64,000 bases of DNA. Source: Bacillota bacterium (GTDB lineage: Bacteria; Bacillota; UBA5301). The translations under genes were made by a program, and so were the position numbers. The first letter of the stretch is position 1; every line of letters starts with the position of its first letter. Below, one piece after another: positions 26,897 to 36,672 of this stretch. Below the pieces are notes generated by a model that was given only the letters and a program-made list of their open reading frames with translations, was not told the DNA's origin and searched no databases. Location: positions 62,282-126,281 of the forward strand of contig JAAYHC010000068.1 in NCBI GenBank assembly GCA_012735535.1, given 5' to 3'.

Positions 26897-28111
26897 TTAC
26901 GACTTGAACTGCTTGCCGGCTGCCAACCGCATCGTTTGAAACGGTCGGAAGCTCAGCCAGGCGACCAAAGATGCCAGACCATAGAACCAGAGTGCCGCCA
27001 TATAGCTGCCCGTGTGCGTAAAGACCATAGAGATCAGCATCGGACCCAGTACGCCGGCTACGCCATAGGCGGAAAAGACCAGAGCGTAATTACGACCTAA
27101 ACGAGCATCACCAAAATACTTGCTGGTCAAGGCAGGCATCAGCGCCAAAATGCCGCCAAAGCAGAAAGCTGCTGTCAATAGACCTATGCTTAGCAACCAG
27201 CGGTTTGCTGCCAACTGTAGTACGACTAACAAATCTAAGGTAAACAAGGCGAAGATTAAAGCGAGCGTTCTGTCGTATCCATATTTATCGGCAACATAGC
27301 CCCACAGCAAGCGGCCTAAACCGTTGGTCAGCGCCAGCAAACCAACAATACTGGCGGCTTCGACGACAGAGAGACCTGCCAATTCTTGGGCCAGGGGAGC
27401 AGCTTGGGAAATAACCATCAATCCGGCACCAGCCCCGACCAAAAAGTACAGCCATAAGCGCCAGAACCTTCCTGTTTGCCAGATCGGCTGCTCGGCTTCA
27501 CCTCCGGCAACCTTTTGGGCTGAAATTGGCCGTGGTAGCGACAAGAGCTGAGCCGATCCCGAAACTACTAATAAGAAAATTGCTCCAACCAAGGTTAAGG
27601 TTCGATTAACCCCATAGAGCCCGATCAAATAAGTAGCCGTAGGCGCAAGGACCAATGGACCGGCTCCAAAGCCGAAGACGCCCAATCCGCTCATCAAGGC
27701 TTTGCGTTCCGGAAACCACTGCACCAAGGTACTGATCGGAGCGACGTAACCAAAACCGATGCCGGCTCCGGCCATGACTCCATAGGCCAAGTAAAAGCCT
27801 AGTAAGCTCCGGGTCAGTCCGGCCCAGATCAAGCCGCAGCCTAACAATAATCCGCCGATAGTGGCTGTTAAGCGCGGGCCTTTCCGGTCTTGCAATCGGC
27901 CGGCTACATTCATGAAGATGGTGAATGAAGCCAGGCAGATGGTAAAGGCCAAAGAAACCTGGTTTAAAGACCAGCCCATGGTTTCGCGCAAGGGATTAAC
28001 AAAAACGCTAAAAGCATAGACGGTACCCAGACAAACCTGGATTAATACGGCTGCAACTACAAGCAACTTCTTTTTCAGTTTGTTCTCGTGCTTCTCCATG
28101 CTTTCACACAT
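26897..28111 (-). CDS. MFS transporter, oxalate/formate antiporter (OFA) family
   Basis: 404 aa, 12 TM. The N-terminus (VVAAVLIQVCLGTVYAFSVF) is typical of OFA members. Confidence 0.7.
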   Translation of the reverse strand: MCESMEKHENKLKKKLLVVAAVLIQVCLGTVYAFSVFVNPLRETMGWSLNQVSLAFTICLASFTIFMNVAGRLQDRKGPRLTATIGGLLLGCGLIWAGLTRSLLGFYLAYGVMAGAGIGFGYVAPISTLVQWFPERKALMSGLGVFGFGAGPLVLAPTATYLIGLYGVNRTLTLVGAIFLLVVSGSAQLLSLPRPISAQKVAGGEAEQPIWQTGRFWRLWLYFLVGAGAGLMVISQAAPLAQELAGLSVVEAASIVGLLALTNGLGRLLWGYVADKYGYDRTLALIFALFTLDLLVVLQLAANRWLLSIGLLTAAFCFGGILALMPALTSKYFGDARLGRNYALVFSAYGVAGVLGPMLISMVFTHTGSYMAALWFYGLASLVAWLSFRPFQTMRLAAGKQFKS

Positions 28112-28296
28112 CCTTTCGACAGGTGTTTACCAGAAATTATAGCTAAGTTCACGCACAAGTGGTCTCAATTTTCAATCAATTGCCGAATTTTGGGGTTCAT
28201 TGGTCTAAATACCGGTTTGAGCTGCCTAGCCGAGGGCAGGAATCTGCTCACGCGTAGCGGAATATACATTTTACTTCAGCAAGGGGGTTTCGAGAA

Positions 28297-29652
28297 TTGC
28301 TCCGACGAAACTTATTAATCTTACTCGCGCTATCAATCGGACAATTGAGCAGCTTACTGCTCTTTGGCATAGAGTTGATCACGGCCATCAAAATCTTGGC
28401 GGTCCTGGTCGGTTTAAACGCGTTAGCCATATACGCGGTAAATAAACCCCGGACTCGAGTAAAGAGTGATGCCGTTAGCCTGACACGCCAGGCGGCTTCC
28501 GGCGAGAGTTCGTTGGAAGCCGGCAAAACACTGCAGATAGCCTGCGCTACCTTGCCGTTTCTACGCCAAGGTCTCAATCGGCTGACCGCCCAAAAAATTG
28601 CCGAAATTATCAAGCAAATTAGCGATGTGGCTGCCGTTGCCATTACCGACCGAGAGCACGTGCTCTCGTTTATTGGCGCCGGCTGTGAGATGCATCGTCC
28701 GGGCGACAAAATCCTCACGGAAGCAACGAAAAAATGTATCTCTACCGGAACGACCCAGATTATTAGTAGTCAACGCGAGCTAAACTGCCCTCGCGCAGAC
28801 CACTGTGACTGCCCGCTCGACGGGGCGGTTATTGTGCCGCTGAAATGTCGCTCCGAAGTAGTAGGTGCCTTGAAATTATATGAGAATAAAGCCGGCGGCC
28901 CCCCGGAATATACAGTCCGGTTAGCCGAAGGTTTGGGCCAACTACTGAACATGCAGATTGAACTAGCCGAACTCGATCGGCAGACCCAGCTGACCACTAA
29001 AGCCGAACTTGATGCCTTGAGAGCCCAAATTAACCCTCATTTTCTCTTTAACACCCTGAATACGATCATTATGTTTAGTCGGGTTGAGCCGGCCAAGGCC
29101 CGCGAAATGCTTATCAAGTTATCTGATTTCTTTCGCCTGGCCCTCAAAAAGCCGGGGCATTTCCATACCTTCGCCGATGAGCTGGCGTTTGTCCAGAGTT
29201 ATTTGTACCTTGAAGAACATCGTTTCAAAGATCGCCTCAAGATTACCTATGACATCAGTCCGGAGGTTAAGGATCTCCCATTTCCCGAACTGACCCTCCA
29301 GCCCCTGGTTGAAAATGCAATCAGGCATGGTCTTTCGCCAAAAGTTGGTTCGGGCCATCTGCGGATTAGTGCAAGGGTCAAAGAGAATCTGCTGGAAGTA
29401 GAAGTAGCTGATGACGGTGTTGGAATGGATGAAAAAACCAAGGCTGAAGCACTAATCTCCGGGCAAGGCTCCGGCTTCGGAGTAGGGCTCAGCAATGTCT
29501 ATGAACGCCTCAAACGGTTATACGGTCAGGAGCTAACCTTTGTGATCGACTCGGCTCCGAAAGCAGGTACGCGCATTAAAATCAGTTTTCCTTGGAATAA
29601 AGCACGGATCGGAGGTATGATCAGTGAAATTACGGGCCCTAATTCTCGATGA
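28297..29652 (+). CDS. sensor histidine kinase, LytS/YpdA-like catalytic core (GAF plus His_kinase plus HATPase) with two N-terminal TM helices
   Basis: QINPHFLFNTL H-box, a GAF-like middle region, and a C-terminal ATPase with a G-box. Confidence 0.8.
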   Translation: MLRRNLLILLALSIGQLSSLLLFGIELITAIKILAVLVGLNALAIYAVNKPRTRVKSDAVSLTRQAASGESSLEAGKTLQIACATLPFLRQGLNRLTAQKIAEIIKQISDVAAVAITDREHVLSFIGAGCEMHRPGDKILTEATKKCISTGTTQIISSQRELNCPRADHCDCPLDGAVIVPLKCRSEVVGALKLYENKAGGPPEYTVRLAEGLGQLLNMQIELAELDRQTQLTTKAELDALRAQINPHFLFNTLNTIIMFSRVEPAKAREMLIKLSDFFRLALKKPGHFHTFADELAFVQSYLYLEEHRFKDRLKITYDISPEVKDLPFPELTLQPLVENAIRHGLSPKVGSGHLRISARVKENLLEVEVADDGVGMDEKTKAEALISGQGSGFGVGLSNVYERLKRLYGQELTFVIDSAPKAGTRIKISFPWNKARIGGMISEITGPNSR

Positions 29653-30364
29653 CGAATATCCGGCCCGCGCTGAATTGCGGTATCTATTATCGAAGACCAA
29701 GACGAAAGTGGAAGTCGTTGGTGAAGCTACCCATGCTGAGGAAGCCCTGCAGCTCTTGCGGGCAATCCCCTATGATTTGGTCTTTCTTGATATTGAACTG
29801 CCAGGTTTAGATGGGATCGCACTGGCTGAAGAGATCAGGCAGCTGAAAAAACCGCCGGTGATCATCTTTGTCACGGCCTATGAACAGTACGCACTCAAGG
29901 CATTTGACGTCAACGCGGTTGATTACTTGCTCAAACCGGTCAGCGAAGAACGCTTGGAAAAGGCCTTGAGTAAAATCACCAAGCAGCTAGCAGAAAGTGA
30001 GCCTCCCGCTGCGGAATACGCCACACTGCCTAAGCTGGTGGCCGAGCGCAAAGGGAAAACAGTGCTGATCAACCCGAATGAGGTATATTTCGCGGTTGTG
30101 AAAGACAATACCGTGCTGCTTAAATTATACAATGAGCTCTTGATTACCAGATATACGCTTAAAGAGCTGGAAGATAAGCTGCAGGCGCTCGGAACCAACT
30201 TCTTTCGAGCCCACCGCGGCCACCTGGTCAACCTGGAGCACGTCAAAGAAATTATCTCGTATATAAACGGGGCCTACTCTCTGATTATGGCGGATGAAGC
30301 CCAAACGGAAATCCCGGTCAGTCGTGGACAGTCCAAACGACTACGCGAGCTGTTAAAACTCTAG
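29624..30364 (+). CDS. LytR/AlgR-family response regulator (REC plus LytTR DNA-binding domain)
   Basis: ILDDE ... FLDIELPGLDG receiver domain and a C-terminal LytTR domain (FFRAHRGHLVNL). Confidence 0.85.
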   Translation: MKLRALILDDEYPARAELRYLLSKTKTKVEVVGEATHAEEALQLLRAIPYDLVFLDIELPGLDGIALAEEIRQLKKPPVIIFVTAYEQYALKAFDVNAVDYLLKPVSEERLEKALSKITKQLAESEPPAAEYATLPKLVAERKGKTVLINPNEVYFAVVKDNTVLLKLYNELLITRYTLKELEDKLQALGTNFFRAHRGHLVNLEHVKEIISYINGAYSLIMADEAQTEIPVSRGQSKRLRELLKL

Positions 30365-30775
30365 CTTGGCCAATTCCAGAGCCTTAGCCAAAATCGCGCG
30401 ATCCAACTCAAACGTTAAGCGGTCCATGGCCTCTTGCGGGGTAAACCATTCAGCTCTGACAATACCTTCGCTCTCTTGCGGCATTACGTTGCTCGTCTGC
30501 GGGGTTGCCAGAAACCAGGTTACTTGTTTCTGCACCGTAGTATTATCCCGGCGGAAAGCATAACGTGTTACGCCGATCTCCGCCTGTAAAGTGCAATCCA
30601 AACCGGTTTCTTCGCGGATTTCACGAATGGCTGCTTCGGCCGGGGTCTCATCCCCCTCCAAATGTCCTTTCGGCATGATCCATTCTCCACGCAGATGTTC
30701 GATCAGCAAAACCTGCCCCGCCTGGTTGATCACAACTCCACCGGCCGAATGCTCTGCAACAACTTTATCTTCCAT
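30353..30775 (-). CDS. NUDIX hydrolase
   Basis: Nudix box GHLEGDETPAEAAIREIREETG. Confidence 0.85.
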   Translation of the reverse strand: MEDKVVAEHSAGGVVINQAGQVLLIEHLRGEWIMPKGHLEGDETPAEAAIREIREETGLDCTLQAEIGVTRYAFRRDNTTVQKQVTWFLATPQTSNVMPQESEGIVRAEWFTPQEAMDRLTFELDRAILAKALELAKLEF

Positions 30776-30779
30776 GGAT

Positions 30780-33533
30780 CTACTCCTTGTGCTGACTCAG
30801 CTCATCAATCACTGCCTGCAGGCGAGACATTGTTCGGCCGTAGGCAGTCCAATCACCGGCGGCCAAATCTTGCTGCGCCTGGTTAAAGAGGCGGACAACT
30901 TCGTTGATCAGTTCGGGCAGGTTTTCCTCCGCATCTTCCCGCGGCAGCTGGTCAGGCAGAGCAGGCACGGCCTGCACTACATCTGCGCCTTCACCGGCAA
31001 TTTCCCGGAGCGCTTCATCCAGGCTGGACGCCATCACCACCTGATTGCCATAGGCGACAATCACCCTGGCCAGCTCCGGTAGTTCGCTCTGCGCCGAGCG
31101 CAAGTAAAGCGGTTCAACATAAAGGATGGTTCCTTTAATCGGGATAACCAACAGGTTGCCCCTGATCACCGAAGAACCGCGCGAATTCCAGAGGGTCAAC
31201 TGCCGGCTGATCTCGGAATCCTGGTCAATGCGGGCCTCAATCTGCATCGGCCCAAAGGTAAGCGCCTGTTTGGGAAACTTGTACAATAGTAATTGGCCAT
31301 AACCCTCAGTGTAACCGGGACGAGCAGCCAACCAGGCAATCATGTTGTTTTTCCGGCTCGGGGTAAATGGCCTGATAAGAATGAACTCTTCCCCTTCCCC
31401 ATCTCCGAGGTCGGAAACGAGGTAGAACGGCTCCATTTCGATTTCCCTGTCCTGATAGATCTCATTGGGAATATTCCACATATCTTCATTGTTGTAAAAA
31501 ACCGTCGGATCAGTCATATGGTAACGGGCGAGAATCCTTGATTGCAGATCGAACAAATCCTCCGGATAACGCAAATGACTGACCAGCCCGCTCGGCATCT
31601 CGGTAATCGGCTTAAACAGCGTAGGAAAGATCTTTGCGTAAACCTGCGCAATTGGCTCCTTTGGATCAACCAAGTAATAAGTGACCTGACCGGAGTAGGC
31701 ATCAATGACGACCTTGACCGAGTTACGCACATAATTGCCCCATCCGGCAACAGGTTGGGAATACGGGTACAGGTTGCTGGTGACATACGCATCTTGGATC
31801 CAGTACAGTTTTCCCTCATTGATTACCAGGTAGGGATCGCGGTCATATCTGAGAAATGGCGCAATCCGCCGTACCCGCTCATGAATATTGCGGTAAAACA
31901 TCACGCGGCTCTCCGAGGTAATCTCATTAGACAACATGATCTTGAGGGTCTTAAACCGAAAAGCCGCAGCTGCTTTAACAAACGGATTGGAGAGTTGCAC
32001 TCCGCCGCTGCCGGCATACTTGACATAGGCATTCTGATCTCCGACAGGATAATCAAATTCCCCCGCCTTCGTATTGACGATGACATAACCATCCTGTGAC
32101 TCACCATAATAAATGGCCGGTTGGGTGATCTCCAATTCAGGATAGGTGCTGACCGGGGGAATATTCTTTACCCAAAAATTAGGCATACCTTCGGCATTAA
32201 CCTCATTAACCGGGCTAACTACCGCGCCGTAACCGTGGGTATAGATTAGTCGCTGATTAATCCAGGTTCTAGCCTGTTCAGCCAGGCTGCGGTTGTTCAT
32301 TTCGCGGGCCGAAATGGCCACCTGACGCAGCGAACCATCGATCCAGTACCGATCGATATCCACCTCCAGGAAATCATAATAGAGTCGCATCTCTTGCAAT
32401 TGACCATAACTGGCCAAGAGCGGGCGATAATCCCAGAGGCGGATATTGTCAATCAAGCCCTTTTCCTGTTTCAATGCTTGATAGCTAAGCTCCGGCCCTA
32501 ACTCGAATTCACGTTCTTCGATCTGATCAAGCCCATAAGCTTTGAGAGTGGACTCAATATTGAATTTGATATATGGTGATTCTTTGGCTAATTCATTCGG
32601 CTCCACAACAAAATTCTGAATGAGATTTGGATAGATACCACCGATCAGGAGTGATCCTGCAACCAACAGAACAACACTGGCAACCATATAGCGGGCTTTT
32701 CTGATGATTGCGGCCACGATCATCAAGATAGCGGTTAAAATCGCCAGCCAGAATAAAATCTTATAACCGGGGACAAGCACTGTTACATCGGTATAGCTGG
32801 CTCCGGAAACCACTCCGCGGGTAGAATAAACCAAATTATACATCGCGACCCGGTAGCCCAATCCTTGTACGATGAACAAGAGGGCGCTAAGGACGGCCAG
32901 GTGGTAACGGGCCCGGCCCTTAATAATCACTTTGAACTTGGCAAAGCCAAAAGATCCGAAAACAAAGTAAATGAAGCCTACCGGAATAATGGTCATTACC
33001 AGTAAGCTCATCACAAGCTCATAAGCATACTTGTAGAACGGCAATTTAAAAAGATAAAACCCGATATCTCGACTAAAAAGCGGATCAGTCTCCCCGGTGC
33101 TCACTGCATGGATAAAGCTTTGCAACAGTTCCCAGTTGCCGCCGGCGGCTGCACTACCCATGACCGCCAGCACCAGCGCGACTACCACAAAAACCGTGGA
33201 AACACGTTTTGAGGTTAGAACCTGAGCTATCTGCGGAAAAGCCTGAATATTGCTGATTGTTTCACCGATCACCGGCTTGGTCAGTTGTAAGTTGACAAAA
33301 ATAAAAGCAAAAAAGACAATCCCGACAAGTAGGTATAACAACCACTTTGAGATTACGACTGTCCAAAAGACCGAAGCATACCCCAAGTTGTCAAACCAGA
33401 GCAAATCGGTATAAAACTCGGCACCCAGGGATAAAAAGCCGATAATCAGTACTATGGCGGCGATGATAATTCTGCGTAACCGCTTGATAGCTAGGTCCCC
33501 CCTCTGGAAAACTATTTCACAACAGGACGCCAC
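30780..33533 (-). CDS. UPF0182 family large membrane protein
   Basis: 917 aa with an N-terminal polytopic region (YTDLLWFDNLGY) and a large extracytoplasmic domain. Confidence 0.7.
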   Translation of the reverse strand: MASCCEIVFQRGDLAIKRLRRIIIAAIVLIIGFLSLGAEFYTDLLWFDNLGYASVFWTVVISKWLLYLLVGIVFFAFIFVNLQLTKPVIGETISNIQAFPQIAQVLTSKRVSTVFVVVALVLAVMGSAAAGGNWELLQSFIHAVSTGETDPLFSRDIGFYLFKLPFYKYAYELVMSLLVMTIIPVGFIYFVFGSFGFAKFKVIIKGRARYHLAVLSALLFIVQGLGYRVAMYNLVYSTRGVVSGASYTDVTVLVPGYKILFWLAILTAILMIVAAIIRKARYMVASVVLLVAGSLLIGGIYPNLIQNFVVEPNELAKESPYIKFNIESTLKAYGLDQIEEREFELGPELSYQALKQEKGLIDNIRLWDYRPLLASYGQLQEMRLYYDFLEVDIDRYWIDGSLRQVAISAREMNNRSLAEQARTWINQRLIYTHGYGAVVSPVNEVNAEGMPNFWVKNIPPVSTYPELEITQPAIYYGESQDGYVIVNTKAGEFDYPVGDQNAYVKYAGSGGVQLSNPFVKAAAAFRFKTLKIMLSNEITSESRVMFYRNIHERVRRIAPFLRYDRDPYLVINEGKLYWIQDAYVTSNLYPYSQPVAGWGNYVRNSVKVVIDAYSGQVTYYLVDPKEPIAQVYAKIFPTLFKPITEMPSGLVSHLRYPEDLFDLQSRILARYHMTDPTVFYNNEDMWNIPNEIYQDREIEMEPFYLVSDLGDGEGEEFILIRPFTPSRKNNMIAWLAARPGYTEGYGQLLLYKFPKQALTFGPMQIEARIDQDSEISRQLTLWNSRGSSVIRGNLLVIPIKGTILYVEPLYLRSAQSELPELARVIVAYGNQVVMASSLDEALREIAGEGADVVQAVPALPDQLPREDAEENLPELINEVVRLFNQAQQDLAAGDWTAYGRTMSRLQAVIDELSQHKE

Positions 33534-34828
33534 TGCAATTTATCATGTAGGTAGGCTTTGAGCCCTTCAGTGGAAATCCGCACCTGAGCCATTGTGTCGC
33601 GATCCCGCACCGTCACCTGGCCATCCTCTAAGGACTCGAAGTCAACGGTGATGCAATACGGGGTCCCGATCTCGTCTTGACGACGATACCGTTTGCCGAT
33701 GCTGCCGGTATCATCGGTTATGACCGGAAAATCGTACTTGAGGTCTTCCTTGATCTTTTCGACCATTGCTTGTAGCTCAGGTTTCTTTTGTAACGGGAAA
33801 ATCGCCGCTTTGTAAGGAGCTAACTTTGGATGCAGCTTAAGCACAACCCGTTCGGGTTCTTCGACGAAGGCATCAACCAAGAAGGTGAGCAGCGCACGGT
33901 CGACCCCGGCGGAAGCTTCAACCACAATCGGCACATAGCGCTCGTTAGTACGATCGTCAAAATAACTCAAATCTTTGCCGCTATGCTTAATATGCTGCGA
34001 AAGATCAAAATTGCCCCGATGAGCGATCCCCTCAATCTCTTGCCAGCCAAAGGGAAACTCATACTCCAGATCGAAACAGGCTTTGGCATAATGAGCCAGT
34101 TCATCCGGGCCATGCGCCCGCTTACGAAGCTTGTTAGGGTTCAACCCCAAGCTGAGATACCAGTTCCAACGAGCCTCGACCCAGCGCTCGAACCACTCAT
34201 CAGCATCTCGCTCGGAGACAAAAAACTCTAATTCCATCTGTTCAAATTCGCGGCTACGAAAGATAAAGTTGCCCGGGGAGACTTCGTTCCGGAAACTCTT
34301 GCCAATTTGGGCGATCCCAAACGGTATGCGTAAGCGCGAAGCAGCTTGGGTTAACTTAAAGTCAACAAAGATTCCTTGGGCGGTCTCCGGGCGAAGATAT
34401 ACTACCGCCGCATCTTCTTCAACCGGACCTAAAAAGGTTTTAAACATCAGGTTAAACTGTCTGGGCTCGGTCAATTCGCCACCGCACTCCGGACAGACCT
34501 CAGTGCTCAAATGGTCGGCCCGGTAGCGCCGCTTACACTGTTTACAGTCCACCAACGGATCGGTGAAGTTAGCTAGATGTCCGCTAGCCCGCCAAACATC
34601 CGGGTGCATCAGAATGCTGGTATCAGCCCCCACCACATCATCGCGTAGATGGACATTCGCATACCACCAAGCATCCTTGATGTTGCGCTTCAGCTCAGCC
34701 CCTAATGGACCATAGTCCCAGCAGCTGTTGAGACCTCCATATATTTCGCTGCTCTGATAAATGAAGCCGCGTTGTTTGCACATCGAGATCAAGCGATCCA
34801 CAATCGAAAACCCCTTCCTAGAACTCAA
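33512..34828 (-). CDS. glyQS: glycine--tRNA ligase, dimeric class II type
   Basis: 438 aa starting MSSRKGFSIVDRLISMCKQRGFIYQSSEIYGG. Confidence 0.9.
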   Translation of the reverse strand: MSSRKGFSIVDRLISMCKQRGFIYQSSEIYGGLNSCWDYGPLGAELKRNIKDAWWYANVHLRDDVVGADTSILMHPDVWRASGHLANFTDPLVDCKQCKRRYRADHLSTEVCPECGGELTEPRQFNLMFKTFLGPVEEDAAVVYLRPETAQGIFVDFKLTQAASRLRIPFGIAQIGKSFRNEVSPGNFIFRSREFEQMELEFFVSERDADEWFERWVEARWNWYLSLGLNPNKLRKRAHGPDELAHYAKACFDLEYEFPFGWQEIEGIAHRGNFDLSQHIKHSGKDLSYFDDRTNERYVPIVVEASAGVDRALLTFLVDAFVEEPERVVLKLHPKLAPYKAAIFPLQKKPELQAMVEKIKEDLKYDFPVITDDTGSIGKRYRRQDEIGTPYCITVDFESLEDGQVTVRDRDTMAQVRISTEGLKAYLHDKLQWRPVVK

Positions 34829-34851
34829 AATTAACTCTGAACAATCCTGGA

Positions 34852-35892
34852 TTAATTCTCATCTAGTTCTGAAAATCCTGCTAACTCCGGCTGACTATCT
34901 ACCGATTCGTTACTGACCGGTTCCTTATCGACCGGTTCGTTACGGGCCGGCTCGGGTTCTTGAACCCGCGGCCGTTCCTCACGGCGAACATCCGCAATAA
35001 TGTAATGCGTATCGGGGGTAAATACACGGGTGTGCACCTGTCTGCCAATATTCCCGACCGCCTTACCGTTGTGTACCACCGTAACACCGCCCGGATTGCC
35101 AAAGCGGACCTGAACCTTTTGCTCACCCTGGGCCTCATAGCGAGAGCCAGGCGTAATGATTCCAGTATATATTAGCTTCCCATCAGCGTAAACTTCCAGC
35201 CAACAATCTTCATGTGCGGAAATTAGAACATGCACAGGTGGTAAAGCTACAGTCGGCGCAGTCGCCAGATCAACAGATGAATCGTGAGCAGCAGCTGTAG
35301 ACGTATCGGTAGTGTCCGGTTCAACAGCCTCCGCGGAAGCAGAGCTCTCTGCCGCTTCAGGCAGCTCACTTGGAAGAATCGTTTCCGTAATAGTTTGTTC
35401 AGTACCGGGGGCCTCCACTCCATTTGGCACCAGAACAACATATAAGACAACGAGCACTAACACCAAAGCGATGACGCCGATTAGCCGCCGGTCTTGCTTA
35501 GATTTGTTCCGCAGATATTTTTGCTTGGCCGGCAACATAATCGGATTTTGCATTACGCGACCGCCGGCTTGTTGCTTCGAAACGGCCGCGGCGCTATCCA
35601 AGCCGGCGGAAGTCGTCCCGGCTTCCTGGTCGGCTTTGTCTTCGGCCTTCGCCCCGATTAAGTGGTTATACTCCGCTACAAAGTCCCAGCCATTCAACCC
35701 TAATGCCTCGGCATAGCTCCGCAAAAACCCTTTGACATAAACTTCCCCCGGTAGATCGGAATGATCACCGGACTCAATAGCCTCCAGATACTTCTTTCGA
35801 ATGTACGTTTTCTGCGCTATGTCCTCAATAGTTAGGCCTTGCCTTTCCCGCTCCTGGCGCAGACGGTCACCTAAACTCTTAATCGTGTCCAC
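34852..35892 (-). CDS. rodZ: RodZ-like cytoskeletal protein (HTH-XRE, TM, C-terminal DUF4115-like)
   Basis: N-terminal HTH LGDRLRQERERQGLTIEDIAQKT, a central TM helix, and a C-terminal beta-rich domain. Confidence 0.7.
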   Translation of the reverse strand: MDTIKSLGDRLRQERERQGLTIEDIAQKTYIRKKYLEAIESGDHSDLPGEVYVKGFLRSYAEALGLNGWDFVAEYNHLIGAKAEDKADQEAGTTSAGLDSAAAVSKQQAGGRVMQNPIMLPAKQKYLRNKSKQDRRLIGVIALVLVLVVLYVVLVPNGVEAPGTEQTITETILPSELPEAAESSASAEAVEPDTTDTSTAAAHDSSVDLATAPTVALPPVHVLISAHEDCWLEVYADGKLIYTGIITPGSRYEAQGEQKVQVRFGNPGGVTVVHNGKAVGNIGRQVHTRVFTPDTHYIIADVRREERPRVQEPEPARNEPVDKEPVSNESVDSQPELAGFSELDEN

Positions 35893-35895
35893 CTC

Positions 35896-36672
35896 CTAGC
35901 TACAATCAAAAGAGTTTACCGACATGGGAATCCGATCATAACAAATATCATCTTCCGGTTTCGCTCTAACCTCTATAATCACATCCAGATCTTCCGGGCG
36001 CAGCAGTCCTTCGCGCAAAAAGATATCCGGATGTTCGATGACCTTATTAACCGGACGCGCCAACACCTGCCCAATTAAACGACGATGCTCAGGAACAGGG
36101 CGGTGGGCGGAGGTAATAGCGTCGATTAATAATACCGTGTCAGCTGAATAATCCCGTTCATCCAAATCGGTACGCAAGACCTGGCGAAAGATTGTTCCGC
36201 TCACGACTACCCACCGCTTATTGGCATAAACACAGGCTGCTACCGTAGCTTCGGTCTTACCGACGTTAGGTGAACCACGCAATCCGATGGTAACCGGGGC
36301 TCGATCAGCCAAGTAGGAGGCCATTAGATCGATCACAACATCCAGATCGGAACGCAAAAAGCGAAAAACTGGCGGTCTACCCGGCTCTGCGGAAACGGCT
36401 TTGCCGTGACGCAAGCAAATGTAATCGACCAGGGATGGTTGGCGCAAAGAAGTAACCTCAATTGATTCGAAATTTGCCAAGGCCATCAACAGTTGTCTGG
36501 TCTGTTGTTCATCCGCTTGGAGCAAAAAACCGCGAATCTCTCTGCCCAGGCTGTTAACGGTTTGAATGTTAATTCCCAGCATTCCAAAGAGGGTCGCCAC
36601 ATCGCCTAATAATCCGATGCGGTCACGGACAATTTTGTACTCGAAGTACCATGTCTGCTGACCACTCATCAA
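35896..36672 (-). CDS. hypothetical protein with an N-terminal ACT-like domain and a P-loop motif (DUF3388-like)
   Basis: 258 aa with GLRGSPNVGKTE Walker-A-like motif. Overlaps ftsK by 4 nt. Confidence 0.5.
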   Translation of the reverse strand: MMSGQQTWYFEYKIVRDRIGLLGDVATLFGMLGINIQTVNSLGREIRGFLLQADEQQTRQLLMALANFESIEVTSLRQPSLVDYICLRHGKAVSAEPGRPPVFRFLRSDLDVVIDLMASYLADRAPVTIGLRGSPNVGKTEATVAACVYANKRWVVVSGTIFRQVLRTDLDERDYSADTVLLIDAITSAHRPVPEHRRLIGQVLARPVNKVIEHPDIFLREGLLRPEDLDVIIEVRAKPEDDICYDRIPMSVNSFDCS

